Translations under genes and position numbers: made by a program
Shown here: one piece after another, positions 37,756 through 48,480 of the stretch
Numbering within the stretch: position 1 is the first letter of the stretch
Layout of the letters: each line of letters opens with the position of its first letter
Assembly (NCBI GenBank): GCA_963704905.1
Contig: CAVPHZ010000002.1
Location: 634-64,633, forward strand
Source of the DNA: Candidatus Chisholmbacteria bacterium
GTDB taxonomy: Bacteria > Patescibacteriota > Microgenomatia > UBA1400 > Chisholmbacteraceae
DNA: 64,000 nt
Reading direction: 5' to 3'
The notes under the pieces: model-generated
Told to the model about the DNA's origin: nothing
Seen by the model: only the letters and a program-made list of their open reading frames with translations
Database searches by the model: none

Positions 37756-38837
37756 AAGCTGCACTTTATCATCCAGCACTCGATACTCTCGGCGGCGGCG
37801 GCGTGTATATCGCTACAGTTGCACAGTGTCTACTCCAACAAGGATATCAAGTCGACTTTTTTTGGGGAGATGGGCGCATTTTGAAACGTATCGATAAATA
37901 TCTCGGAATAGACCTAGACAAAGTCAAAGTAAATGTCTATGGTCATTTCCTCTTTTCAAAAAAAGGTGAAGTGATCAAAAAACGATCATTGCTCAAACAA
38001 TATGATGTATCCTTCTTCGTCAGCGATGGGAGTATTCCTTGGTTATTTGCAGATAAAAATATTCTTCATTTCCAGATTCCTTTTAAACACGGAAGTGGGA
38101 GGACCCTCTCAAACTGGCTGAAGCTAAAAAACATACATTCAACTGTTTGTAATTCTCAGTTTACAAAACGATTCATCGATAAAACATATGGCGTGTACTC
38201 ATCGGTCATCTACCCACCAATAAATATTGCCGTTCAAGAGAAAAAAAAGACCAATACAATCCTCGCAGTTGGAAGATTTACCACTGCGCTTCACAATAAA
38301 CGTCAAGACATTTTGGTAAAGGCGTTTAAATCAATGGTAGACAATGGTTTGACTGATTGGGTACTTCGCATCATCGGAGATGCCACTGAAACGGAGGGCA
38401 AGCAACTACTCAACACAATCAGAACAGAGGCAATTGGATATCCAATTGATATTGTTACCAACATATCTCATGCGAGACTCGAAAAAGAATATGCAAAAGC
38501 AAAAATATTTTGGCATGCCGCTGGATTTGATATTGACGAGGAAAAGTTTCCGGAGCAAGTAGAGCATTTTGGTATAGCTACAGTGGAAGCAATGGCAGCT
38601 GGTTGTGTTCCAGTGGTTTTAAATAAAGGCGGTCAACCAGAAATTGTGCGTGATGAAAAAAACGGAATACTCTGGAACAGTATCGGTCAACTCCAGGAAA
38701 AAACGTTCAAACTAATCAAAGATGAAAAGCAACAAGTAATATTTCGGTTAGTTGCAAAAAAAGCCCTCAGAAAATATTCAAAAGCCCGTTTTTGTAAAGA
38801 ACTAAAAGATACCATATATTCAATGAATAAAAATTAA
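37752..38837 (+). CDS. GT4 glycosyltransferase with ALG11-like motifs
   Basis: LGGG, NSQFT, IYPP, VGRF, KRQD and EHFGIATVEAMAAG motifs. Confidence 0.92.
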   Translation: MKAALYHPALDTLGGGGVYIATVAQCLLQQGYQVDFFWGDGRILKRIDKYLGIDLDKVKVNVYGHFLFSKKGEVIKKRSLLKQYDVSFFVSDGSIPWLFADKNILHFQIPFKHGSGRTLSNWLKLKNIHSTVCNSQFTKRFIDKTYGVYSSVIYPPINIAVQEKKKTNTILAVGRFTTALHNKRQDILVKAFKSMVDNGLTDWVLRIIGDATETEGKQLLNTIRTEAIGYPIDIVTNISHARLEKEYAKAKIFWHAAGFDIDEEKFPEQVEHFGIATVEAMAAGCVPVVLNKGGQPEIVRDEKNGILWNSIGQLQEKTFKLIKDEKQQVIFRLVAKKALRKYSKARFCKELKDTIYSMNKN

Positions 38838-38843
38838 CGAGTT

Positions 38844-41093
38844 ATGAAAAATAAGCTAGCTCTATTCTGTCTTTTACTTCCAATTGTCATTTTCTTTAAC
38901 CCAGTTATATTGAGGGGAAAAATGCCAATCCCTGCCGACACAATTGTCGGACTCTACCATCCATATAGAGATGTTGTCTGGAACGGGCTTACAGCAGGAG
39001 TACCATTTAAAAATTTTCTTATTACTGATGCTGTTCGACAACAATATCCATGGAGGAAACTTGCATTTGATGTTTTAAAAAAGGGTCAATATCCTGGATG
39101 GAATCCGTATACTCATGCTGGAACACCGTTGGCTGCCAACATCCAAACAGCTCTCTTCAACCCACTAAATATTTTGTATTTACTTTTTCCCTTCAATCTG
39201 GCTTGGACGTTTCAAGTAATGAGTCAACCGATCTTACTTTCATTGTTTATGTATTTATATCTTCGAAAAATCGGAAGATCAAAAGAGGCAAGTCTGTTAG
39301 CAAGCCTTGTATTAAGTTTTTGTGGATTTTCAATAGCTTGGCTTGAGTGGAATACAACACTTCATACACTTGTTTGGTTACCTGCTAGCCTTCTAGCCAT
39401 CGAGAACATCTTGGAAAAATCTTCCCAAACAAGATGGTATTTGCTCCTTGTGTTCGCGCTCTCTAGTATTCTCTTTGCTGGTTTTCTACAGACGGCATTT
39501 TATATCTACACTCTCATCGCTGTATATATACTGTTCCGAATACAGTCATCAGAGAATCGAGAAAGACGAAGTAAGCTTCTCTCTCAGTTTTTCGTACTTG
39601 GTGTTTTAGTATTAGCGATTACCTCAATCCAATGGCTGCCGACAATAAGGTTTATCCAAAATTCAGCCAGAAGTTTTGATCAAGGAAATGTACTCGGTCG
39701 AGAAGATTGGTTTATTCCGTGGCAACATCTTGTTCAATTTATCGCACCGGACTTTTTTGGTAACCCAGCAACCTTGAATTATTGGGGTGTATTTAATTAC
39801 GTAGAATACATCGGATATATCGGCGTTGTACCTTTAATATTCGTTCTTCTTGGACTGCGTACTAAAGAAGATAAGCACCTTCATCAAAAGCGATTCTTTA
39901 TTTTTTCACTGCTCACCGCGTTGTTATTCGCGACAAACAATTTCATTGCAAGAATACCTTTCCATCTACATATTCCTCTGATTTCCACTGCTCAGCCGTC
40001 AAGACTCATGGTCATTATCGATTTTTCATTAGCGGTGTTAGCAGCATTCGGTGTTGATTGGTTCTTGAGTAATTTAATAAATAATGAGATGAGGATTCTA
40101 CTGGAACGAACAGGAAAGGTTGTCGGGTTACTTTTATTCATTCTCTTTGGTCTCTGGACAATCACTTTTGTATCAGGAGGGACGTTTGAAAATATTTCTC
40201 CAGAAAATCTCCATGTGGCCCAACGAAATCTTATCCTTCCATCCGGGTTTGTTCTTCTCAGTAGTATCATCTTATTTGGGGGATTACTAAGTAGTCATCA
40301 AGTAAAAAAACGCAAAAATGTCATTCAATCGTTAATATTCACAATACTGTTTCTCATTACCGTTGCTGATCTCTTTCGCTTTGCCTGGAAATTTACACCA
40401 TTTTCTAATGCAGACTACCTCTATCCCAAGACCGAAGTAATCAAATTTTTAGAAAAGGATCAGTCAGTTTGGAGATATATGACTACAGACAGAAGAATCA
40501 TTGCCCCAAATTTTTCCATTTCTCACAAATTTCAGACAATTGAGGGGTATGACCCAATTTATCTCAAACGATATGGTCAGCTTATTGCAACAGCCCAACG
40601 TGGCCAACCAACATTGGATGAGGTTGAATTCCACCGCATTATCCGTCCGGACAATTTCGAGTCACCTATTTATGATCTGCTTAATGTGAAATATATTCTT
40701 GCACTGCGTGACATCGACCATTCAAAGCTTCAGAAAGTATTTCAAGAAGGGGAAACAAGAGTGTATGAAAATATGAACGTTCTGCCTCGAGCATTTATAC
40801 TCCCAGATTATCAGGATGTCTCAGAAATGAACCAGTTAAGCATGGCTTTTGAGGTTACGAATCAAAATATCCGCCATACTGCTCAAATTACCTCCTACGA
40901 GGAAAATGAAGTTGAGCTAACCGTTGAGGACGATCAAGGTGGCATGCTGGTGCTTGCAGACGTGTACTACCCTGGTTGGAGCGTCACTATTGATGGGTCT
41001 CCAGCAGAGTTAAAACCTATGTTTCACGCCCTGCGTGGTACAATTATCCCATCTGGGCGACATGAAGTTATCTATCGTTATTCCCAACTATAA
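38844..41093 (+). CDS. YfhO-family GT-C membrane protein
   Basis: DAVRQQYPW, WNPYTHAGTPLAAN, WLEWNT, PDFFGNP, GYDP, LPRAF and DVYYPGW motifs. Confidence 0.9.
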   Translation: MKNKLALFCLLLPIVIFFNPVILRGKMPIPADTIVGLYHPYRDVVWNGLTAGVPFKNFLITDAVRQQYPWRKLAFDVLKKGQYPGWNPYTHAGTPLAANIQTALFNPLNILYLLFPFNLAWTFQVMSQPILLSLFMYLYLRKIGRSKEASLLASLVLSFCGFSIAWLEWNTTLHTLVWLPASLLAIENILEKSSQTRWYLLLVFALSSILFAGFLQTAFYIYTLIAVYILFRIQSSENRERRSKLLSQFFVLGVLVLAITSIQWLPTIRFIQNSARSFDQGNVLGREDWFIPWQHLVQFIAPDFFGNPATLNYWGVFNYVEYIGYIGVVPLIFVLLGLRTKEDKHLHQKRFFIFSLLTALLFATNNFIARIPFHLHIPLISTAQPSRLMVIIDFSLAVLAAFGVDWFLSNLINNEMRILLERTGKVVGLLLFILFGLWTITFVSGGTFENISPENLHVAQRNLILPSGFVLLSSIILFGGLLSSHQVKKRKNVIQSLIFTILFLITVADLFRFAWKFTPFSNADYLYPKTEVIKFLEKDQSVWRYMTTDRRIIAPNFSISHKFQTIEGYDPIYLKRYGQLIATAQRGQPTLDEVEFHRIIRPDNFESPIYDLLNVKYILALRDIDHSKLQKVFQEGETRVYENMNVLPRAFILPDYQDVSEMNQLSMAFEVTNQNIRHTAQITSYEENEVELTVEDDQGGMLVLADVYYPGWSVTIDGSPAELKPMFHALRGTIIPSGRHEVIYRYSQL

Positions 41094-41964
41094 TGGAGCG
41101 AAGCTCCTAAGAAAAAATCTCCCAAAAATAATCGAAGCAGCTAAGAATGCGGAAATTATTGTTGTCGATGATGCATCAAGCGACAACAGCAGATCCATAG
41201 TACGAGAATTTTCTGACAAGATTATTCTTATTAAGAAAGACGTTAATCAAGGTTTTGCTCGAGCCTGCAACGACGGCGTGAAAAGAGCTACAGGAGAGAT
41301 CGTTGTCCTTCTCAATAATGATGTAACTCCTGAAAAAAACTTTCTCTCGTTCTTGAAAACACACTTTAAAGACCCTCTGGTATTCTCAGTTGGGAGTGCA
41401 GAAATAACTGGAGAAACAACTAGGGGAAAAGCAGTCGGAGAGTTCAAGAGAGGTTTTCTTGTACATTCAGAAGCCAAGAATAGTAAGCCAGGATTCACGC
41501 TTTGGTCATTTGGAGCAAGTGCAGCCTACGATAAGAAAAAGTGGAACCAGCTGGGAGGCATGGATTCAATGTTCCGCCCCGCCTATTGGGAAGATATAGA
41601 CATCTGCTGGAGAGCCTGGAAAAAAGGCTGGAAAGTAATGTTTGAGCCAATGAGTCGTGTGCATCATGATCCGGAAAGTACCAACCTGAACGTCTTTGGA
41701 AGAGCGCGCATGAAAACCATGTCATACAAAAATCAAATCTTATTTGTATGGAAAAATATTGAGGATCTAAAATTACTGCTCGCCCATCTGGTATGGCTTC
41801 CAATCCACATCATTTCCTCGCTTTTTACAGGGGATGGCGCTTTCCTGCATGGTTTATTCAACGCCGTAGTTCAATTGCCTGAAGCACTACATAAAAGAAA
41901 TCTTCATACAAGCAAGACGAAGAATACAGACAGCCAAATACTGGAAATGTTTAAAAAGATATGA
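41062..41964 (+). CDS. GT2 glycosyltransferase (WbbL-like)
   Basis: MKLSIVIPNYNG, VVDDASSD, NQGFA, LLNND and YWEDID motifs. Confidence 0.92.
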   Translation: MKLSIVIPNYNGAKLLRKNLPKIIEAAKNAEIIVVDDASSDNSRSIVREFSDKIILIKKDVNQGFARACNDGVKRATGEIVVLLNNDVTPEKNFLSFLKTHFKDPLVFSVGSAEITGETTRGKAVGEFKRGFLVHSEAKNSKPGFTLWSFGASAAYDKKKWNQLGGMDSMFRPAYWEDIDICWRAWKKGWKVMFEPMSRVHHDPESTNLNVFGRARMKTMSYKNQILFVWKNIEDLKLLLAHLVWLPIHIISSLFTGDGAFLHGLFNAVVQLPEALHKRNLHTSKTKNTDSQILEMFKKI

Positions 41965-43613
41965 GAAAAAGAGTTTTCATACTGGTTTCAATAGTTCTAC
42001 TTGCTGCTGTCCTTCGATTTTATGAGATAGGAAAAAATCCTCCCAGTCTCAATCTGGATGAGGTTGCAATTGGCTACAACGCCTACTCAATTTTACGAAC
42101 AGGAAGAGACGAATATGGAGAATCATTCCCACTCTCATTTAGATCGCACGATGACTATAAACCACCTCTGTACATTTATCTGACTGTTCCATCAGTAGCA
42201 GCCTTTGGTCTAAGTGAAATTGCCGTGCGATTTCCTTCGGCATTTTTTGGTACAGTATCAGTTCTAATGATCTATTTTCTGGCGAAAGCGCTTATCGACG
42301 CGCATGTCGATCGGATTGGTCAGGAAAAAATTGCACTCCTCTGCTCATTTTTGCTAGCAGTTAATCCGTGGCATCTTCAATTTTCTCGCGCCGGATTTGA
42401 AACAAACGTCGCCTTATTTTTCTTCATGACCGGTATCTGGGCGTTTTTAAGAGGGATGAAGAAGAACGGATATTGGTGGGTACTTACCGCTGTTATGTTT
42501 GGCTTGTCAATGTATACCTATCAAGCAGCGAGAGTATTTATCCCGCTGATGTCTCTCAGCATGTTGATCCTATATTGGAAACAAAGAATGACACACGTAA
42601 AACAGGTGATCCTTGCAGGCATTGTATTTGTTCTGATAGTTCTTCCACTTATACCGATTGCGACCTCTACAGCCGGTGTTATGCGCTTTAAGGGAACGAA
42701 TGTATTCACCCAACCTGGTTTAGTTGAGGATGAAGTGGAGAGATCCTTCGTTGATGCAGACAGGCAGGATGCATTCTCAATGAAAGTTCTCCATAACCAG
42801 AAAATAGCTGCCACGCTAACCATAGCTGAAGGTTATTTAAAACACTTTCGTCCGGATGTATTGTTTCTGGGGAGAAACGGTCCACCATATAATTACACGC
42901 CGAACGTTGGTTTGTTCTACATCATTGAATTGCCATTGATGCTTTGGGGATTTGCCAAATTGTCTTCAAGAAGTAACAAAGCAATACAGCTCTCTTTCTT
43001 CTGGCTCCTGCTTGCACCAGTTGCAGCCGCCCTCACATGGGATGTTCCGAGCTCTACAAGAACCATGCTCATGTTGCCGCCGCTGCTTATATTCACGAGT
43101 GTTGGAGCATATGAGTTTTTTATTAAAAGGGATATAACTCATAGGTTCGGTGCTACCATACTAGGTTCAGCAGTCCTGCTTACATTGGTAGGAAATATTT
43201 CGTACTATCTACACCAATACTACATTCATGCACCACTTGAATTTGCAGATGCTTGGCAATATGGATACAAACAAGCAGTGGAGTATGCGGAAAGCCAAAA
43301 AGGCAAGTACGATAAAGTTGTTGTATCCACCTACCTCAAGCAGCCTCAGAACTTCTTCGCTTTTTATTCAAAGTATGATCCTAAAACGTATATTGAAAAA
43401 GATGGTGGAACAGTATCAGGTGGATTTCTCGAGTCGAGAAATAAATTTGATAAATACGAATTTCGTCATATTGAATACGCTGATAACGAATGGCAAGGAA
43501 AGATTATGTTCATCGATCTGGAGATTAAACTCACGGAAGAAATTCGCAGCAAAGCAATAAAAACTATCAATCTTCCAAATGGGGAACCATACATAGTCAT
43601 ATCTGAGTTATGA
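41961..43613 (+). CDS. GT-C ArnT/PMT_2-like glycosyltransferase (paralog 1 of 4)
   Basis: PPSLNLDE..IGYNAYSILRTGRDEYG, DYKPPLY, RFPSA, PWHLQFSR..FE and WQYGYK motifs. Confidence 0.88.
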   Translation: MRKRVFILVSIVLLAAVLRFYEIGKNPPSLNLDEVAIGYNAYSILRTGRDEYGESFPLSFRSHDDYKPPLYIYLTVPSVAAFGLSEIAVRFPSAFFGTVSVLMIYFLAKALIDAHVDRIGQEKIALLCSFLLAVNPWHLQFSRAGFETNVALFFFMTGIWAFLRGMKKNGYWWVLTAVMFGLSMYTYQAARVFIPLMSLSMLILYWKQRMTHVKQVILAGIVFVLIVLPLIPIATSTAGVMRFKGTNVFTQPGLVEDEVERSFVDADRQDAFSMKVLHNQKIAATLTIAEGYLKHFRPDVLFLGRNGPPYNYTPNVGLFYIIELPLMLWGFAKLSSRSNKAIQLSFFWLLLAPVAAALTWDVPSSTRTMLMLPPLLIFTSVGAYEFFIKRDITHRFGATILGSAVLLTLVGNISYYLHQYYIHAPLEFADAWQYGYKQAVEYAESQKGKYDKVVVSTYLKQPQNFFAFYSKYDPKTYIEKDGGTVSGGFLESRNKFDKYEFRHIEYADNEWQGKIMFIDLEIKLTEEIRSKAIKTINLPNGEPYIVISEL

Positions 43614-45139
43614 GTAAAAAGAGATATATATTGTTTTTTTGTGCAATAGTTTTACTGGCGGCAGCTCTCCGTTTTTATCGCCTCTCCTCTACACCACCGG
43701 GCTTGTACTGGGATGAGGTCTCTATAGGATACAATGCATATTCGATTCTTCTCACTGGAAAAGATGAATTTGGGGAAAGCTACCCTTTAATATTTAAAGC
43801 CTTTGGAGAATTCAAACTCCCGATATACATTTACACAACTGCTGCGAGTATTGCTCTATTTGGAATAACAGATTTTGCTATCCGCTTTCCCTCGGCATTG
43901 GCCGGATCTCTTTCAGTCGCAATGATAATTATATTGGTTGCTGAAATGTATCCAAGGAAGCGCAGGTCAATACTACCACTCCTGGCAGGATTCTTTCTGG
44001 CAATAAGTCCCTGGCATATTCAATTCTCACATGCTGGATTTGAAGCAAATCTCGCATTATTATTTGTAATATCAGCTCTAGTTGCTTTTCTTCAAGGTTT
44101 ACGGGGGAGGCGCTATGGACTGGTAATTTCAGTGATAGTATTTCTTCTTGCGTTCAATACTTACAACAGCGCAAGAGTATTTGTTCCACTACTGATAGGT
44201 GCTATTACTCTGATTTATCGAAAACAGCTTAAAGGAAGAGGCAAAGAAATTACTCTCGCTCTAATTATTGGCACGCTTGGGTTACTTCCAGTTCTCCCAC
44301 AATTTATTTCAGGTGAGGCTCTCATTCGGGCTCGGTCAGAAAGCATTTTTAACAGAGAAAATGCGATGTCGGAGATGATGAAGAATTATCTTAGTAACTT
44401 TGACACAACCTTTCTTTTCTTCCGCGGTGATCAAAATGGGCGTCATAGCGTGAGAAAATTGGGGATGCTTTATGTATTTGAATTACCACTGATAGTAATC
44501 GGATTGGGTCAGGTATTAAAAAACAGTAAGGATAACAAACAAGGAAAACGTTTACTTATAAGCTGGCTGTTACTTGCACCCATGCCCACCTCACTCACAA
44601 CCATTAACCCGCATGCGATTCGGTCACTAAACATCATGCCAGCTTGGCACATACTCACCGCAATTGGATTAGTAAAAATCATTGAACAATTAAAGAAATA
44701 TAAGATCCATTTGCGTTATATGTTCGCTGTAATAACTTCACTGCTGATCATGTACAACATAACCTTGTACCTGCATCAGTACTATGTGCATTACCCAACG
44801 GTTACTGCACTCGATTGGCAAGACGGTCTCAAAGAAACTGTTCAGATTATCTCATCCCGATTTGATGAGTTCGATGACATCTATATCTCAGATACGTTGC
44901 CGCCAATCTATATTGGCTACTATCTTCCTGTGAAACCGTGGTTGTATCAGCAAATGAACACCGATGAGAGCATCGGAAAACTTCATTATTTTAAACATGC
45001 CTGGGAAGTCGAGAAATCAGAATCAAGCAAGGTATTGTTTATCGCACCACACTGGCAGAAGCCAACAGAAGGAACACCTTTCCAGGAAGTAAAAATGATC
45101 AACGGTGACACAGTGTTTACTATATGGCAGGAGGACTAA
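43610..45139 (+). CDS. GT-C ArnT/PMT_2-like glycosyltransferase (paralog 2 of 4; shortened external loop)
   Basis: PPGLYWDE..IGYNAYSILLTGKDE, EFKLP, PWHIQFS, GD.NGRH and PHAIR motifs. Confidence 0.88.
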   Translation: MSKKRYILFFCAIVLLAAALRFYRLSSTPPGLYWDEVSIGYNAYSILLTGKDEFGESYPLIFKAFGEFKLPIYIYTTAASIALFGITDFAIRFPSALAGSLSVAMIIILVAEMYPRKRRSILPLLAGFFLAISPWHIQFSHAGFEANLALLFVISALVAFLQGLRGRRYGLVISVIVFLLAFNTYNSARVFVPLLIGAITLIYRKQLKGRGKEITLALIIGTLGLLPVLPQFISGEALIRARSESIFNRENAMSEMMKNYLSNFDTTFLFFRGDQNGRHSVRKLGMLYVFELPLIVIGLGQVLKNSKDNKQGKRLLISWLLLAPMPTSLTTINPHAIRSLNIMPAWHILTAIGLVKIIEQLKKYKIHLRYMFAVITSLLIMYNITLYLHQYYVHYPTVTALDWQDGLKETVQIISSRFDEFDDIYISDTLPPIYIGYYLPVKPWLYQQMNTDESIGKLHYFKHAWEVEKSESSKVLFIAPHWQKPTEGTPFQEVKMINGDTVFTIWQED

Positions 45140-45481
45140 TTGGAAGGATTTAGTTGCACACACAATGGCATCCTAAACGATGTGCCACACCAACTCTGGG
45201 AAGCGATTTCCAGTGACGGTGGTGGTACCCCTTTGCTGGTAACAAGGGTTTTGCATAATAAGCCGCTTTTCTTTGCAGTAAACTATCTCCGTTGCTATTT
45301 TCACTATCTGTCCCCTCATTTTTTCGCGCAGCAATTTGGACCAGGGGTTGCTCTTATAATTGTTGCGCTGATCTTCATACTTTGGAGGCAGGGAGGACAA
45401 AATTGGAAAGTTGCCAAGATCATTATTCTGCTCTATCCCATTCTATTGGTATTTGAGCTGCAAACGAAGCTATTTCGATAA
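45140..45481 (+). CDS. Small membrane protein resembling the external loop plus two TMs of the neighbouring GT-Cs
   Basis: Fills the gap exactly; AGGAGG at 45129-45134 lies 5 nt before TTG; RVLHNK...YFHYLSPHFF motif followed by two hydrophobic segments. Confidence 0.7.
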   Translation: MEGFSCTHNGILNDVPHQLWEAISSDGGGTPLLVTRVLHNKPLFFAVNYLRCYFHYLSPHFFAQQFGPGVALIIVALIFILWRQGGQNWKVAKIIILLYPILLVFELQTKLFR

Positions 45482-45489
45482 ATCGCCTA

Positions 45490-47121
45490 ATGAAAAATAA
45501 TACAGCCATGATTGTAATCATTGTGTTAGCCGCCTTTTTAAGATTTTGGAATCTTGGTCAAAACCCACCTGCATTGTACTGGGATGAAGCCTCCCTTGGA
45601 TATAATGCCTATTCAATCTTAACCGCCGGGAAAGACGAACATGGTGAGTATCTTCCAGTTACCCGATTTATTGCCTTTGGCGACTACAAACCGCCAGGAT
45701 ACATCTACGCTACAGTTCCATTTATAGCATTATTAGGATTAACCGAATTTTCCATTCGCTCTGCCTCTGCATTAGCAGGAACACTGACTGTACTTGTTAC
45801 ATATTTGTTAGCAAAATTAATATTTAAGAAGAACCATTGGTCATTACATATTGGTCAATGGTCAGTATCACTGGCTGTCATTGCAGCGTTTCTGTTGGCT
45901 GTGAGTCCATGGCATTTACAATTTTCTCGCGGCGCTTTTGAAGCAAATGTTGCAACACTATTTTCAACAGCAGGAATCTATTTCTTCCTTCGGGGTATAA
46001 AAAATGGAAAATATTTGCTACCAAGCGCTATCCTTTTTGTTCTTTCAATGTACACGTTTAACACACACCGGGTGTTTGTTCCTCTGTTAGTTCTTGGACT
46101 AAGTCTACTGTACAGAAAATATTTATCAGCACATTTACGGTGGATAATTGCTTCAGCTATCGTGGGCTTAATCATTCTTTCTCCCCTGATTCCATTTATG
46201 GTATCTAGAGAAGGAAAATTACGCTTCGAAGAAGTCACCATCTTTAATAATCTAGAACCAATTGAAGTCGCAAATAACAGAATTGAGCAGGAAGGAAATT
46301 CCTTTCTTGCCAGACTTCAGCATAATCGCCGTCTGCAGTTTGCCAGAGATTTTGCGCTCCATTATGTAGATCATTTCAAGGGTAGTTTTTTATTTATCTC
46401 AGGAGACGTAAATCCACGGCTTGGAACACGTGAGAATGGTGTGCTCTACCCAATTGAATTACCACTACTTATAATCGGAATCTATGTTTTACTGAGAAGA
46501 AAGCGAGAAACTGCCTTATTACTATTTCTCTGGATCCTAATCGGATTGATACCAGCCGGAACAGCCAGAGAAACTCCACACGCGCTGCGAACCCTAAATA
46601 TATTACCGGCTCCACAGATACTGGTCGCTATAGGAATTGTTTCCGGATGTTCATGGATAAAACAAAAACGCCTCTATCTATCGGTGCTTATTATTTCTTA
46701 CTCACTGCTCATTACGTCCTACCTTCACACCTATCATTCCCACTACCCAAGACAATGGGCAGCATCATGGCAATATGGGTATAAGCAGTTAGTTCAGGAA
46801 GTGACAAAGATTGAAGATGACTATGACAAAATATTCATCACTCGAACCTATGGTAGGCCATATATCTATTTCCTTCTGTACCAGCAATATGATCCTGAAG
46901 CGTATTGGACACAAAGGAATGCAGAGCGGGATTGGTTTGGATTTTGGACAGTCAACGGTTTTGGGAAGTACATCTTTGGCAACCATCCAAGCCTAGAAGA
47001 ACGGGGAGAAGAAAGATGGCTTATCGTGAGTGGTCCAGACGGATTACCAGCAGAAGGCAGGAAACTATCTGAAATTACCTTTCCCAATGGAGAATTATCG
47101 TTCGAAATAGGAGAACTCTAG
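45490..47121 (+). CDS. GT-C ArnT/PMT_2-like glycosyltransferase (paralog 3 of 4)
   Basis: PPALYWDEASLGYNAYSIL, FGDYKPP, PWHLQFSRGAFE, PHALR and WQYGYK motifs. Confidence 0.88.
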   Translation: MKNNTAMIVIIVLAAFLRFWNLGQNPPALYWDEASLGYNAYSILTAGKDEHGEYLPVTRFIAFGDYKPPGYIYATVPFIALLGLTEFSIRSASALAGTLTVLVTYLLAKLIFKKNHWSLHIGQWSVSLAVIAAFLLAVSPWHLQFSRGAFEANVATLFSTAGIYFFLRGIKNGKYLLPSAILFVLSMYTFNTHRVFVPLLVLGLSLLYRKYLSAHLRWIIASAIVGLIILSPLIPFMVSREGKLRFEEVTIFNNLEPIEVANNRIEQEGNSFLARLQHNRRLQFARDFALHYVDHFKGSFLFISGDVNPRLGTRENGVLYPIELPLLIIGIYVLLRRKRETALLLFLWILIGLIPAGTARETPHALRTLNILPAPQILVAIGIVSGCSWIKQKRLYLSVLIISYSLLITSYLHTYHSHYPRQWAASWQYGYKQLVQEVTKIEDDYDKIFITRTYGRPYIYFLLYQQYDPEAYWTQRNAERDWFGFWTVNGFGKYIFGNHPSLEERGEERWLIVSGPDGLPAEGRKLSEITFPNGELSFEIGEL

Positions 47122-48480
47122 GTGAAGAACTACCTTCTCTTACTCTTGATGTTGCTTGCCTATAGTGCTCTTAGTTTCATCCTCATGCTGCGGGACGATT
47201 GGGCAATAAAAACGATTGGTGACTTATACCCACAACTAGAGACCACACTTCAATCGGCTCGCCAATATGGATTATCCCATCATCTCAATACAACACCAAC
47301 CTTGATGTATGTTCTCATTATTGCTTTCGCTTTCTGGTTTTATTTCAAAGTAGTAAATGGAAAATGGATAAAAAGCCAGTCTGCTAGAAGGATTGTACTC
47401 TGGTCATTGGTATTACATTCAGTTGTAATCATTTCCTACCCAGCTTTATCAACCGACGTATTTGATTACATTCTTCAAAATCGTGTGAAATTTGTTTACC
47501 AAGAAAATCTATGGGTGATGCCAATCATCTCCTACCCAAACGACCAGATGATCAATCTTGGTAGCTGGCAAAGAGTCGCGAGTGTCTATGGCCCCACCCA
47601 CCACTTTTTCGCCGCCGGCGCCCAAATTATTGGAGGAAGTGATCTATTTGGTAATATCTTGATGTTCAAGGAAATTGCTGTGATCTTCTCACTCATCACA
47701 ACAATGATGTTAAGCCACCTGATTCAAGAAGACAAAATGCGTAAACTCGCACTGTTTGCCATGAATCCATTGCTTATCATCGAAACAGCGGGGAACGCGC
47801 ACAACGATATCATCATGGTCGCATTCATGATCGCTGCGCTTATCGCTTTCAAAAGGAAACGATTCGTCATAGTTGGCGCGTTGTTGTCTCTCAGTACCCA
47901 GGTAAAACTGTATGGAGTTGTACTCACACCATTTTTGTTAATTCTACTCATGAGGAAAAAAGAGTATGGACATGCAGCACTAACATTGATTGGCTTGTTA
48001 GTAACAACAATGATTGGAGTGGCAGTCATGGGACCGCAAGCAGTAGCAAATTATCAACATCTCATGAAGTGGGTGTTTACCTTAAAACTTAATTCTCTTC
48101 CTAACCTCTTACACGTTCTTCCAAATTGGATGTTCGTATTCCCATTTATGATCATTGCCATACTTGGAGTAAGAAAAATAAAGTCACTCAGCAACGTCAT
48201 ACAGACATATATTGGTCTCACACTGTTGTACCTCATGTTTGTTATACCATTGTATTGGGCTTGGTATGTAATTTGGTACTTACCATTTTTATCACTTATA
48301 AAAAAAGCAAGTCTCATCAAAGTAGGAATAACATTAAGTCTGACATCTTCTTTGCAGTACGCCATACTCTTTCTATCACATCGTTTTAATTATGAACACA
48401 TCATCTGGACAATTATCATATACATCTTTTTAGTCGTTCCTCCAATTGGAGTGTATGCATTTACCAGACATGAAAAGTAA
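47122..48480 (+). CDS. GT-C glycosyltransferase, MptA/MptB-like
   Basis: LSTDVFDY, SVYGP, MNPL, GNAHND and WY motifs; GTG start with AGGAG SD. Confidence 0.78.
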   Translation: MKNYLLLLLMLLAYSALSFILMLRDDWAIKTIGDLYPQLETTLQSARQYGLSHHLNTTPTLMYVLIIAFAFWFYFKVVNGKWIKSQSARRIVLWSLVLHSVVIISYPALSTDVFDYILQNRVKFVYQENLWVMPIISYPNDQMINLGSWQRVASVYGPTHHFFAAGAQIIGGSDLFGNILMFKEIAVIFSLITTMMLSHLIQEDKMRKLALFAMNPLLIIETAGNAHNDIIMVAFMIAALIAFKRKRFVIVGALLSLSTQVKLYGVVLTPFLLILLMRKKEYGHAALTLIGLLVTTMIGVAVMGPQAVANYQHLMKWVFTLKLNSLPNLLHVLPNWMFVFPFMIIAILGVRKIKSLSNVIQTYIGLTLLYLMFVIPLYWAWYVIWYLPFLSLIKKASLIKVGITLSLTSSLQYAILFLSHRFNYEHIIWTIIIYIFLVVPPIGVYAFTRHEK

